Positions 1 through 12,301 of a stretch of DNA of 64,000 bases are shown piece after piece. The position numbers and the translations under genes are program-made. How positions within the stretch are numbered: the first letter of the stretch is position 1; each line of letters starts with the position of its first letter. The DNA is taken from positions 806,001-870,000 of the forward strand of contig CATNEN010000015.1 of NCBI GenBank assembly GCA_950097015.1, written 5' to 3'. Source of the stretch: Macrostomum hystrix (lineage: Eukaryota; Animalia; Platyhelminthes). The notes under the pieces are model-generated. The model worked only from the letters and a program-made list of their open reading frames with translations, searched no databases and had not been told where the DNA came from.

Positions 1-3000
1 ATCTGCACTGCGATCCTAGTTGCCGAGACAGCGGATTCACTGAGGTGCGCTTGACTCTGCCGCAGCTGAAGTTAGTAGATGGCGAAACCTATCAGGTTGG
101 AGGTGAGTGCAAATCATTGCTTCATCTGTCTGCTTCCTTCTGCTTCCTTCCTTCCTGTCTGAATATTAAAAGAAGCAGAGTGTTTCTTCCGCTGCAAGAC
201 ATTGCATTAATCGTAAGCTTTAGCTTTTGAATACAAACAATTTTTTTCAGTCAAAGCTACCCAAGCGAACGGTGAGTCGTCAGTTTCTTTCAGCTCAGGG
301 CAGCTTGTAGACACGACGCCTCCAGAGGTGGACAAAGAGGCCCCTCTGTTCTACAATGATCCCAGTTCGCCATATCCGTTTGCACCCACGAATTACACGG
401 CTTCACTGACCTCAATCGGAGTTGTCTGGCTCATTACCGACAATGAGTCACTCATTAATGTAAGTTGCAAACAAATGTTGATATTAAAATCGCTAATTCT
501 ACGAGTACTTAAGAAAAGACACTTATGAGCAATAATGTGGCATCTTTCTACACGACAGGAACACTTCTGGGCCCTTGGAAGCGCCCCAAAAGGCACTGAC
601 TTGCAGCCGTGGACGTCAACAGGTGCAATTCCCGGCGGTTTAAACACTGAGCTGGTTTTGATCAACGGCCGAAAGTACTTTGCCAGCGTGCGATCCATCA
701 ATAATGCAGGGCTTGCCACCACCTACTACGATCATCTAGGACTAACCGTAATGACAGATCCGCCAAACCTGGACAGTGTCAACGCCAGTCTCGTTGGAGT
801 CTCCGACTTCGACTTTGACGTGTCTCCTTCTGACGCAAAGAAGCAAACGGACCAAAGTGTGCTTGGCGCCCGCTTGACGTTTGATCTCGACAGAAGTGTT
901 GAGTACTACGGTGAGCACCATTTTGTCGTGATTTTAGCGACTGTTATAAATCTCTAGAACCTATCTTCAAGCCAATACTTAGCATTGGAAATAGTTTAAG
1001 TCTGCTCCCATTCTAGAGTTCTGCATCAGCAGCGCAGAAGGCCAGCTCGACGATGTTCTGCCGTGCGTCCCGGCGCCGAAAATGAACGATTCTGATGCCG
1101 GTGTAACCGTACAGATCAGGAACAACACCATCCAGTGGAATGACTTTGACGGTGCGGAGCAGAACTTCACCTTATCTAGTCTGAACAGAAACACGTCAGC
1201 TGAATCCGTGAGAAATAGATTCTACTTGGAGCCTGGAAAGTAAGTATACTTCAAGCGGCTTTGTTCTATTCAACTTTGGCTATATGTTTTCTTATGAATC
1301 ATTTTTTTAGTTTATTAGGCTAAGGTTTTTGCATCCCTGTCATTTTATGTTCAAAGGAGACTTAAGTTCTTTTTTTCGCATTGCGTTATAAAGCAACCAA
1401 GCTGTCAGTGTTAATGCTCTTCACACACAAAAATCCCTCCCCAGGACAATCTTCATCAACCTTCACGCCTGTACAAAGGCATACGTGTGCGCCAGCCGAA
1501 CGCTCAGCAAGCAGACGATTGTCCCGGATGACTCGTTGGTAATTCAGATTGCCCGGCTGAATTCGCAAGCCCTGCCCATGCAGTACAACTCAGAAAAGCT
1601 GGGCATGCCGGAGGTCAGAGCTATCGGCGCCTATCCAAACGGCACAGCCTTGTACTTTGAGCAGCTGACAGATGAGCGAACAAAGGCGGACTACGACTCA
1701 TCGGCTGCCGCACCGTACAAGCCGTACATTGTACACCCGGAGTGGACCAAGCACCGCACAGGTCGACTTTTGACGCGACGCATTCGGGAGTTTGGCAGCG
1801 TCTTTGCCATCTCGCCGATCGGTAGGGCAAGCGTTAAGCTGCAGGTCAAGAAGAGTCAGCTGCTGGCCCCTCCAGTTGATGACGGCTCAGGTGCACGGAG
1901 CCGACGAAGTGCGGATGAGGACGATGCGGTGGACAGCCTGATATACTGGGACGCGGGTGCGTTGCTTTCGCAATTATAATTCCGTTTTGTGTAATGGACT
2001 GATTTTGACCATTCATGTGATTGAGCTTTTAATTTGTTGGATTAGGTATTTGTGAGTTTTAGTATATTGGATGAACGTTTACACCGGCTAAATGCTTGTT
2101 CAGAGTGCTATGAGCGCGTAAAATAAAAAATTCATTTAGACAAAAGGGGCTGCTAAATTTATTTTCCAATTCTAGACCCTAACTGAGGACTGCTATAACA
2201 GCTTAAGCAACGTCTTTGTTAGTGTTTTAATGACGAGAATGCTAAAGTTGAGGGCTAAAAATGAACTGCCAGTCAGGGAAGATGGTTGACATTCTAATGT
2301 ACTTTACTAGTAGCCCATCTTGTGTTTAATAAAATTTGTCGTGGAAAATTTGTTCATTATTACAAACTTTTTCAGATGAGCAACTGTGGCAGCTGGCAGG
2401 CGTCTTTGACTCAGCCGGAGCTGCGACAGGACTACCGGTCAACCTGACACAGGAGCGATTGTTTGCCATGAGCAGCATTTCAAAGCAGCCGTTCAACTCT
2501 GCGCCTATCATTGTATCGGAGATGTCCGGCTCGCTGAGGATTCGTGAAGATTCGCCAGGTGAGAAACTTCCGAATGATTAAAATGCGATGCTTTGCTGAA
2601 CATGTACTTTTGTTCCCCAGAAAAAAACTGTCTGGGACGCTTTCCGACGAGGACCGCTGAAAAAATCTCAAGAATTTCAACAATTTATTGCTAGATATCA
2701 ACATGTTTATTGGCCTTTAAAAGCATTAAGAGTCTCTACGAATTGTCAAATTTTACTTCTCAGTGGAATTCAAGCGGCAGCTGGTTGCAACTGACCCGGA
2801 AGATGATCCCATTGTGTGGGATCTGCGAAGCGACGCCAAGTTCGGCCAGGTCAGCCTGTCAGCTGACGGCCTGCTGATCTACCGACCCTCCGCCAACCTA
2901 GACGAGCTGGAATGGATGGAGAGGCTGCCGATTGTGATCACCGACATGCCGCCTGCCGGAGTGTCGCCGAAGCAGGCGCGTGGCATCTTCGAGCTCAGCG

Positions 3001-4364
3001 TGAGCGGAGGCCAGTTCCGAACCGATATCTTCTTCGTAAAAGACGGAACTGCTCTGAAAGGACCGCTTTTTACCGTGGTGAGTATGGCTTTGAATGCATT
3101 CGTAAATAAACTTCGCTTTGTTTTCGCAAAAACTGTCCTGTCCTTTGAATTCTTTAGATCAAGCAAGAGGAGATCGACTCGAACCACATCGAGTTTGCCA
3201 TCAGCTGCGCAACTTCAGCCAGAGCTGCTGCCAAGCTGAGCCTCAAGAGTCTAGGTGGCCATGAGCTGGTCCTGCTGAACTCAAGCTCCGAGCCTCCGTC
3301 AGGAGTGGACGGCATGCCTCAGGCAAAGTGGCTCACCCACGTGTATCAGTTCCAACCTCAGGGCCGCGGTCACGGTCGCTACAACTTCGAGTTCGCTGGT
3401 GTGTTTGAGCTTGATGGTTCAGTGCGCGGCTCACAGACCGTGGAGCTCACAGTGGCATTGTTAGCCATGCCATGCCTCAACGACGGCACCTGCCGCGGGC
3501 CGGAGTGGGACAAAACCTGCATCGACGTCCGCCGTGCAGACGGGTTTGAGGGCTACTGGTGCCGCTGCCCAGCTGGCTGGTTGGGAGACCGCTGCGAGCG
3601 CGCAGACCCTTGCGCCCTGCTGCGCTGCGACCCGCCGCTCATCTGCAGTGTGGGCAGCGGGGGCAGCGCCTCCTGCATCTGTCCCCCGGGTGCCGAGTGT
3701 GAGCCGCCACCGCCGGGCATCTCCACAATAGACTGGCTGATGCCAACGCTAGTAGCCCTAGGCTTGGCCCTCGTGCTTGCGGGTGTCATCCTTGGGGCTG
3801 TGGTGCTGCGGTCGAGGGCGCGGTAAATACTTATTGCTTAATTAAATTGCATGCCTTGGTTAGCAGTGATGTTCGCTTGAAACTTTATATTTCCATACTT
3901 CTGCACATGATCTGAACTATACCCCAGTTCAGTCTCTTAAGCCTCGGTAATTACTTTATACAAAAGGCTGTCATCAAATGTTAATTTGTTTTTTTCTAAG
4001 CATCTGTTCCCATTCAGAGTCAGAAGCAACCCTGTCTGAAAAAAACATTTTCAGCTCCAACCGCCTCGTGGCCCCCGTGGGCGCAGCCTCAGCTGCGGAA
4101 GGCCTGGAAATGAGCGAGCGACCATCCAGCAGCGGCTCACGCGGGGTTCGGACCGAGACTGCTGGCCAGGATGCTGACGTCAGAGAGGAAACAGAGGAGG
4201 CCTTGGATAGCAACGACCCCGAAGACCTGGTGCAGCCTCGTGAAGCCGCCTCAACGCGGGCGAGCCCCCCGCTGCCAGTGTTCGACGCGTGGGATGAGGA
4301 CCAGGCGGTGGTCAAGGGGCACGCGGCTGACCAGAAGGACGCAAAAGAAGCTTTCAACTTTTAA
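1..4364 (+). CDS. 3' part of a large type-I membrane protein: FN3-like repeats, furin-type site, cadherin/Ig-like domain, 2 EGF-like domains, TM helix, acidic cytoplasmic tail (5'-partial, 9 exons visible)
   Basis: Phase-consistent GT-AG exon chain read by hand: <1-102, 251-459, 559-910, 1017-1239, 1445-1956, 2376-2558, 2764-3077, 3158-3822, 4055-4364 (TAA). Motifs: YQVGVKATQANG..S..G..VDTTPP and WALGSAPKGTDLQPW / YFASVRSINNAGL (FN3-like); RSRR at 1896-1907; VATDPEDDPIVWDL (cadherin-like); PCLNDGTC...CRCPAGWLGDRCE (EGF); hydrophobic LVALGLALVLAGVILGAVVL followed by RSRAR. Confidence 0.88.
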
Positions 4365-5198
4365 TGGAAAACTGAAATTCCGATTTTTAATTCTGAAATT
4401 CGGTATCATTTGAGAGAATAATTTGATCTATTTTCATCCGTTCAAACTAATAAAATAGTTTTTCAATGTCGTTTTTAAATTTTGTCACACATTCGCCTTT
4501 CACACTGGCCACATCTCAGTTTCAGATTGAATAGTTTCAGTGCCAAAATCAACAAAAACCTGCGTAATTCTCAAAAATTCAATTGAGTATGGTTTAATAC
4601 CTTAGGTTACGAGTATTAAAGAAAAACATAAAACTAAAGTGACAGCAAACTGAGATGTTGTACAGTCCGCACTATTTATTGTAAGCTCAGACGTCGAGCA
4701 CAAATATAAACAAATTTATTGATGAATACACATTATGCAAAAAAGGTTATTGGAATCAAGCTATGCAAAAACTATGATTCGCACTATGATTGGTGTTCGT
4801 TTTCAGTCAAGGCAAGTTCAGCAAACACAACGTACTTCTACTGTATGATATATGCGCTGTACGATCATACAGATTGTATGATGTATGAAGGTATGAACGT
4901 CTACTTAGGACCGACTATCGGAATGATATTTTCTAGGAAAACTATTTTTTTGTAGAACTTTTTACACTAGTTAATATCCAAAACAGCAAATTTTTAGAGA
5001 ACTTCGTATAAATCATCGAGTAATATCTTATTGTAGAAGTACTCAGACTTCGCACTCAAATGATTCTTATTAAAAAGTCTATTAATTTTTTTCACCTGAA
5101 AACGGATAGTATGTGCCTGTCCAATGGCTGCAAAGTTAAAAAACTGCTGCAAAGTTGAAAACTCGGTACAAAATAGTGAATGAAAGGTGATTTTTGTT

Positions 5199-5876
5199 TT
5201 AGTCGTATCCAATAACAACTGGGATGTCGCCGTTTGATCGGCCTGCTAAGTGCAGCAACCCTGGGGATGCGTGAGGCTGCGGCTGCTGCCCCTGCGGCCG
5301 CGCCGGCTGGAGCTCCTGCAGCCTGCAGGCGCAGTTCTCCAGCCGCAGAGGCCTCAACTCGAGCTGGTCACCGGAGCAGATGGCGGCGCAGAGGTGGTAA
5401 GCTTTGCGGATGAGACGCACGGAGAGGCCGCCGAGGGCGCCACAGAACAGCAGGTTGACACCAAAACCGGCCACGCACAGGTAGAGCTGGTTCCGCTTGG
5501 CCTGTCTCTCGCGGTTGTGCATCACTGTTGTGGTCACAAAGTAGAACAGCGCGATAAGGCTCATGATCAGCTGCACGAGGAGGCAGGGCACGGCCATGGA
5601 GTTGAATAGCAGAGTTTTGAGCAGTCCGGAGACGTAACTCGAGCCGTAAGGCGTCATCTTGAACAGCACAACCGCTGTGATGCCGGAGCCAACGTAGGCT
5701 ACGCCGAATGCAAAGGCGATGAGGCTGAGCGTGAAGCTGACAAAATAATAGGCATAGTTGCTGCCAGGATCTTGATCGAAGCTGATCTGCGTGAACAGCC
5801 GGAACAGGACAAGGATCACGAAGGTGAGGGCCGAGATGCCCAGCACCAACTGCAGGTAGGCGAGCGGCCGGTCCAT
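5199..5876 (-). CDS. Intronless 225-aa predicted four-transmembrane protein of unknown family
   Basis: ATG-to-TAA ORF with GC-rich codon usage like the other genes. Four hydrophobic segments (approx. residues 8-28, 44-72, 88-115, 131-153) and a Gln/Pro-rich cytoplasmic tail. No family recognised. Confidence 0.75.
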   Translation of the reverse strand: MDRPLAYLQLVLGISALTFVILVLFRLFTQISFDQDPGSNYAYYFVSFTLSLIAFAFGVAYVGSGITAVVLFKMTPYGSSYVSGLLKTLLFNSMAVPCLLVQLIMSLIALFYFVTTTVMHNRERQAKRNQLYLCVAGFGVNLLFCGALGGLSVRLIRKAYHLCAAICSGDQLELRPLRLENCACRLQELQPARPQGQQPQPHASPGLLHLAGRSNGDIPVVIGYD

Positions 5877-8800
5877 GATTCACACGAGCACGCAGTCAGC
5901 TCTGCAGCCGATGTGAGCAGAGTCTGTGGGACGGGGGTAGGCTTTAATGCAGGATTTCAATCTGGAGTGGGTTTCTCGATCAGGGACGCTCATTCTCTCC
6001 GGAAGAGTTCCTGTTTGCTAAGCTAGGGCTCGATGCCGCTTGCTCAACGAGTTGTTAGCAGAGACCGGTCTGCTGCAGCTCTCTGTTGGCCGATCAGTCC
6101 CTGACGAACAAGACCCACAATGAGAGCTGCTGGCCTCAGAGCACAGCCGCGGCCCGCGACTGCTGAGAGCCGTCAAATGAAGAGGCAGAGACAGACTGCG
6201 AGCTGACGCGTGCTGATTTCCCGCTTCTCCCAATCTAGGCTGCAAAACTCGACCCGATTCCGATTTGAACTCAATCTGCTCGCTTCTTGCAGCTGCTATC
6301 AATCAACTCCACTCACTCCAGGACCAGTGACATCGCCTGGTTTTTCTTCCTCCAGCGCATGGCACTCGAAAACTTTACAATATGCAACGGGTGTATACAA
6401 CCCTATAAATGTTGGTCTGATACTATTTTGAGCAGTCAACGGTTAGTTCAAAGCTTCCACAAGTTGGATTCGGTGTGAAGTGAAGCCCAGACATGGACAT
6501 GAACGCAAAAGCACAGGTACTTACTCTCACATTCGAGAACTCGCAGCCAGGTAAGTGAGCAACTTGGCTCGAAGATTTGGCCAACTCGAAGAATGGAAAT
6601 TGGCGGCTAATTTGGCTAAAGAGGTCAACTTGGACGGAGCTAATTTTCTAGTCCGCTTAGCTTGGCCAATCACTTTTAGAGCTGGAAAATGAGAGCACTC
6701 GGCGGCCTTCTCAACCGAGCTGTGCTCATGATCGTCTTCCGCTGATCGCGCCCGCCTGCTGTAAGTGATCTGGCGCAGAAACAGGCCCTTCACGCCAACG
6801 CAATGCTCTCAGCCAGCAGACCTGCCAAACACATACACACTCCTCCTCATAGGCTGTCTCTCCCTCCAACCCTCCCTCTGCCTCCTCCCAACCCTGGGCA
6901 GAGGGTGGAGACGCAGAAGGGTCACAGAGAGGCAGCTGCTGAGTCTTAATTTATTGGACCGGCCAGACTTAAAGGGCGGGTGATGGTGGGAAAGACGGCA
7001 GTTGCGCCTGCGCGTGTTGGGGGTGAGGCTGGGAGCCTGGGACTTGGGAGTCTGGGACGCAGAAGGCTGCGCGTAGAAAGGAGAACGGAAAGAGGCCGGA
7101 GGGAGGCGGCACCACCGGTTCAGTGGCGCACAATGGGCTGGAGGACTTGGGAGCGCCAAAATTGAATCCCAAGAGTATAGGGCGAGGAGGGCAGGACGGT
7201 GGCCCCCACCTTCCTCGGCCGCCGGAGTCCCTGGCGCCCACCTCACGGCTCCTCCGCTTTTCTCACTCTGCTTTGCTTTAGCATGCTGCGGTGCGGTATG
7301 AGCGACTCCAGAAATGTTCCAGCAACGCGCGCCCCCCTGCAGTCCATTCAGTCTTGCCAGCTACCTGATTCCTAGGAGCTTGTTCATCCGATCTCGGGAG
7401 TGGTCCTCATCACTGCTTGCCCACTGGGACTCTGGGGATACGGCTAGATGTCAACTGCAGGCTCCCTTCAGTCCTTACTTTTTGCTAAAAATATAGCAGT
7501 CCATCCGATACGGCTTACGGCCCAGACTCGAGCCCAGACTGATTGTCAGACGCCAAGCCTTTGTTCTTTCTAGCCTGAAATACTAATGAAATTTGCGTTT
7601 AGCTCCTAGCTGTGTAATCCATCCTGCTCCTGCATCCGTTTTATGACTGGCAGAAAATAATAGTAAAAAACATTGAGAAACAAAGCAGTTAGATATAGTC
7701 ACCCACTGTATATTTTTGTCATTTATGAATAATTTTGCATGTCATGCAATATGACTTTCAAAAGGCAAAAAAAATTTACATCGTTGATACTCGCTGACTT
7801 CAAAACGTTTGACCCCTTTGAAGCCTTTCTAAGAAGTCTAACATTTTTTACTTCCAGAATTGCCTTGAAAATGACAATCCTGTGAGGTGTGCGTTCCAGG
7901 GTGCAGACTTGCGAGTTTGAACAAGACGGCACCACAATGGCAGTGAGATGGGCTGTGCATTGCATATTGCATACTAATTGATTTTACTCTCCTGACAAAA
8001 CTGTCATGGTTCCTGCTCTGGTGTGCTATTCGCAGAGTTCTGTCCTATAATAGCTTAGATAAAGTATCTATAGAAATTTATCTAAGCAGACTGCACCTTA
8101 TGGAATCTTACAAGCCATTGTGTTTGGTCTATTTGGTTCTCTAAATGCAGCATTACTTATATTCTCGCAAGCTTTCAAGACTACTTAGACTGGCGCGTCA
8201 TCCTTGAGCACAATGTGAGGATCGTTGAGAATCGGAAACTAGCGCCGCAGCTTTGAAAATGCGATCACAAATTTGGACTGGAGTTATTTGAGCAGGATTT
8301 CACTTAGAGACGTACTGGCTGGCCGTACTCACGAATTGAGGAAACGAAATGCCTGGCCAGGTGCCACCTTAGTTAAGCATCTCTTTGAGTTGAACGGACT
8401 GCGCCCAGGGGAGCCTGTCCAATTTACCTGCTAAGCCCGCATCCGCTTTGAGCAGCAAGAGCTCATTACCTGGGCTGTGGCGGGCAGCCAAGGCACAGAT
8501 TTCGCCACAGACAAGGAAGCAGAAGCTGCTTTTGAGGCTCAAAGAGTTCAGGGGCCAGTGAGGTACAGAAGTGGGAGAAAATGGGGTTGATTTGCTCTGG
8601 GTGAATGGTGAATAGGCACGCCCTCGTTTTGATCGAATCGACTAAAGCTAAATCATATTTCGACTAAAAGTTGCCGAATCGGCTCTTTGAGTCCATTCTT
8701 ATAAATTTTCTGCGGCACTGTTTGGATTTTAATTCCATCGAAAAGATAGAGCTAAGGACTTAACTAAATTCTGAAAATGGAGCTTTGTTTTTTTTTAGTT

Positions 8801-9402
8801 TGTCAGCAGTTAAAGCAGTGCTACATTGGGAGTTGCACATTCTATGCGATGCTTTTCCTAAAAGTTTGTTTCCCTAATGGCTGACTCAGGCATTGTACTG
8901 AGGCCTCCTCCAATGGTCCATTCACTGACTGCAGCTGCAGAGTCGCTGCAGGTCTTGCTTGCACTCAGACAGAGGGGTCGGTGATGAAGTGAGGCAGCGA
9001 CAGGGGGAGACGCATCCTGCTCCAGCCAGCCAGCATATGCAAATCAGGCAGGCACTGACCTCTGCTGAGCGGCTTTCAGCTCATCAATTACAGTGCGCCA
9101 GAACCCGCCGACATCTGCGGGCCAAGCCCACTCGCTCTGAAATCTTTGCATTCTGAAAAGCGTTTCGCGCCCCCTAAAGTCAGTGACAGGACCGGTGCTC
9201 AACTCTGACATCCGATCCGGTGAGAAGTTCTCACACTGTCGGTGGGGCTGAAGCATAAATCAACAATTGCGGACGACATTATGCTGAGAGAGTGAAATTC
9301 ATTATTCAAACAGAAGCTGTAATATCTGCATTTCTACAGCAGTACGTATGAAACTGCTCATAACACGCGCATTTTCCGCTCATGCTTGAGCCTCTCTCAG
9401 CG

Positions 9403-10152
9403 TCAGTTCTCCCGGATGCAGTAAGATTCCAGCCGTTGGAAATCCGACAGTTGGAGAATTATAGCGCTCATTCCATAGCAGTAGACTGAACCATTCAGGC
9501 TGTTCGCACTCGCTGAGGAGTACCCAATTCGCAGGCATTCAAACACAGACGAGTCCGCTTTAGCACCCAGGTCCATTGGGTAGGCCCTCTGAAACCGGCC
9601 ATAGAGGGTGCCGTTGAAGTAGTAGTGCTGGTAGGCGGTCCTGTTGTACGCGCAGCCGGCAGACAGCAGGGTTGGCTCCGTGGTTGCCGGCAAGAAGGTG
9701 TCTGATTCGGCCAGGTATTTGCCGTAGCCACCCTGAGTCCAGTGGGTGTAGCCGTACAGAAAATTGCTACGCTTGGCCAGCATGTTACCAGTCCTGTACG
9801 GGGAGCTGCAGGCCCTGAATACATGATAGAACTGGTACCTGAAATATGCGATTGCAGATTCTAGTTGCATTCCGCTGATCATAGAGTTCTAAAATGGTAT
9901 GAACTTACTCGCAATTCATTACGTGCCGCGCAAGCATATAGAATGAGTACACTTTTCCATAGTCCAAGTACTGCTGAAATCCAGGAGTCTCGGTACTCAG
10001 ATATGAGCTCGGACTTCCCTTGAGTACAGCGCCGTCGCTTCCCACAGATGCATCACTGGCAGTAAGGTAGTGCTGTCTCGGATTCACTTCGTTCACCAGG
10101 CCACTCTTCTTAAACCTGTAGAACAGCTTCATCTGCAGCTCAGTGAGCAGAT
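9403..10152 (-). CDS. LamG/concanavalin-A-like domain exons (10152-9909 and 9838-9403); probably exons 2-3 of a PAN-LamG secreted protein
   Basis: Acceptor ttttgtag before 10152 (phase 1). GTAAGT donor at 9908 and atttcag acceptor at 9839 give a 70-nt phase-2 intron joining ...RHVMNCE|YQFYHV.... Pattern LFYRF..SG.VNE...G.VLKGSPSSYL...YTHW...YYFNGTL...LRIG...NSLNGSV...LSDFQRL resembles Laminin_G_3/ConA-like domains. Confidence 0.7.
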
Positions 10153-10643
10153 CTACAAAAGGAGATTTAATTTTGTCTGCTGCAAGTTTATCGGTGCGCA
10201 GTAATTTCAGAAGCTTTTGTTAGCATATTCTACGCGTCAATAGCAGAGCCACTAGTGAGAGGCAACTCGTCTTCCCCTGTACCTCACTTCAAACCGCCTC
10301 TGCAACAGCAACAGCACTGATGAATGCGTCGGCTTCGCCAAAAGCACGCTTTGGTCAGAGTTTTTGCTGGACCATTGTGTGTTAGTAAGTTCGTTCCCCT
10401 ATAGTAGATAAAATTAATATGTGTGATGACTTCATATATCCCCAAATCAAAAGCAATTTTTCACCATGACATTGCACAAGACTCATTCTCTAACTCTCAG
10501 TGCTGCTTAAGTCTCTGATAAAGTGAGTTGTGTCCATAGATCTTATATATAGGTATAGGTTGCGTCACTCGTCCCGTAAGTAATTACGAGTAAGATCAAA
10601 GAACTTTACGTTTGCTAGGGTGTTATGTAACGACAACATACAA

Positions 10644-12301
10644 TCTCTCTCTAAATATACTAATTTTCACGTGTTGTTTGTCTGTCTGTGTGTGTGTGTG
10701 TGTGTCAGTTCGACATCTCCTACTAGAATACTGACAAGTCAACTTTGAAACTTATATGGGAAAATGGGAAATTTTCCGAGGAAGGCTATAGGCTATTTTA
10801 ATTCTGAAATTTCAAATTCTATGATCCTCAAAAAAGCAGAAAGGCTATTAAGTAGTATATAGTAGGCAAATGTCCTTCCCGCTGTGATGAAATTGGCCTC
10901 GGTTAAATGAGTTGCGTCAACATTTTGTGCCTATCTGTTTAGTGTATTTTCTCTCCAGTGGAGGGTTGGCAGTCGGTTTGAAAATGGGGCGGAGAGTTGG
11001 CCGTACGCACATTCTAACTGTCCCTGTGTATTGGCGGAGAGAGGGTGCCGCGAGTTATTTCTATTGAGGGGTCTGATTTGTTCAATATTGAAGTGCGTAC
11101 AATGGGCAGGGCAGAGTTGGCTGGGTTAAAATTCAATTGATAAAATTTGAATTGGGCCTCTCAGTGTAGGCGGAGAAGAATGTACTTACTAAAAAACTGG
11201 CTGCCCTTTGCGCTAAAGGCAATGAAATTTCAACTGTGAATTATTATTTTGCTTTTTAACATTTGAAAAGAACTGAGGCGATTTGAGATCAGGCAATGGG
11301 AGATCAGGCGATGGGAGATCAGGCAACGGGAGATGAGCCGATGGGAGATCAGGCGATGGGAGATCAGGCGATGGGAGATGTGGCGACGGGAGATGAGGCA
11401 ATGAGAAATGAGGCGATGGGAGATCAGGCGATAGGAGATGTGGCGACGGGAGATGAGGCGATGGGAGATCAGGCGATGGGAGATCAGGCGATAGGAGACG
11501 AGGCGATGGGAGATTAGGCGATGGGAGATCAGGCGATAGGAGATGAGGCGATAGGAGATGAGGCGATGGGAGATCAGGCGATGAGAGATTAGGCGATGGG
11601 AGATGAGGTGATGGGTGATCAGGTGATGGAAGATGAGGCGATGGGAGATGAGGCGATGGGAGATGAAGCGATGGGAGATGAGGCGATAGGAGATGAGGCG
11701 ATGGGAGATGAGGCGATGGGAGATCAGGCGATGGGAGATCAGGCGATGGGAGATCAGGCGATGGGAGATCAGGCGATGGGAGATGAGGCGATGGGAGATC
11801 AGGCGATGGGAGATCAGGCGATGGGAGATGTGGCGACGGGAGATGAGGCAATGAGAAATGAGGCGATGGGATCAGGCGATGGGAGATGAGGCGATGGGAG
11901 ATTAGGCGATGGGAGATCAGGCGATAGGAGATGAGGCGATGGGAGATGAGACGATGGGAGATGATGCGATGGGAGATCAGGCAATGGGAGATGAGGCGAT
12001 GGGAGATCAGGCGATGGGAGATCAGGCGATGGGAGATGAGGCAATGGGAGATGAGGCGATGGGAGATCAGGCAATAGGAGATGAGGCGATGGGAGATGAG
12101 ACGATGGGAGATGATGCGATGGGAGATTAGGCGATGGGAGATGAGGCGATGGGAGATAAGGCGATTGGAGATGAGGCGATGGGAGATGAGGCGATGGGAG
12201 ATCAGGCGATGGGAGATCAGGCGATAGGAGATGACGCGATGGGAGATCAGGCGATGGGAGTTCTCTCCCCTCAACCTCCTCCGGAGGAGGAGTTTAGCTC
12301 G
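10644..12301 (+). mobile_element. Non-autonomous Helitron-like family A, unit 1 (short form)
   Basis: Starts after A with TCTCTCTCTAAATATACTAA; (GTCT/GT)n microsatellite near the 5' end; ~630 bp unique body; 15-bp array ~11275-12260; palindrome CCTCCTCCGGAGGAGG at 12275-12290, then 7 nt and CTCG (12298-12301). Confidence 0.75.

Noticed and set aside
4719-4955. 78-aa ORF between genes 1 and 2
   Set aside because: AT-rich and unlike host codon usage, no domain; probably in the convergent 3' UTR region.
6493-6768. Possible two-exon 48-aa ORF on + (6493-6550, 6680-6768) with a good GTAAGT donor and ttttag acceptor
   Set aside because: Too short, with no recognisable motif; it may be a real UTR or non-coding exon pair, but it cannot be supported as a CDS without RNA data.
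8249-8434. SFENAITNLDWSYLSRI, faintly like the LINE RT motif DFEKAFD.V.W.YL
   Set aside because: In-frame stop immediately upstream and no other RT motifs nearby.
10280-10400. Local upstream exon or start for the LamG exons
   Set aside because: No frame gives an ATG plus signal peptide with a strong phase-1 donor; the distant PAN exon fits better, though this is not proven.
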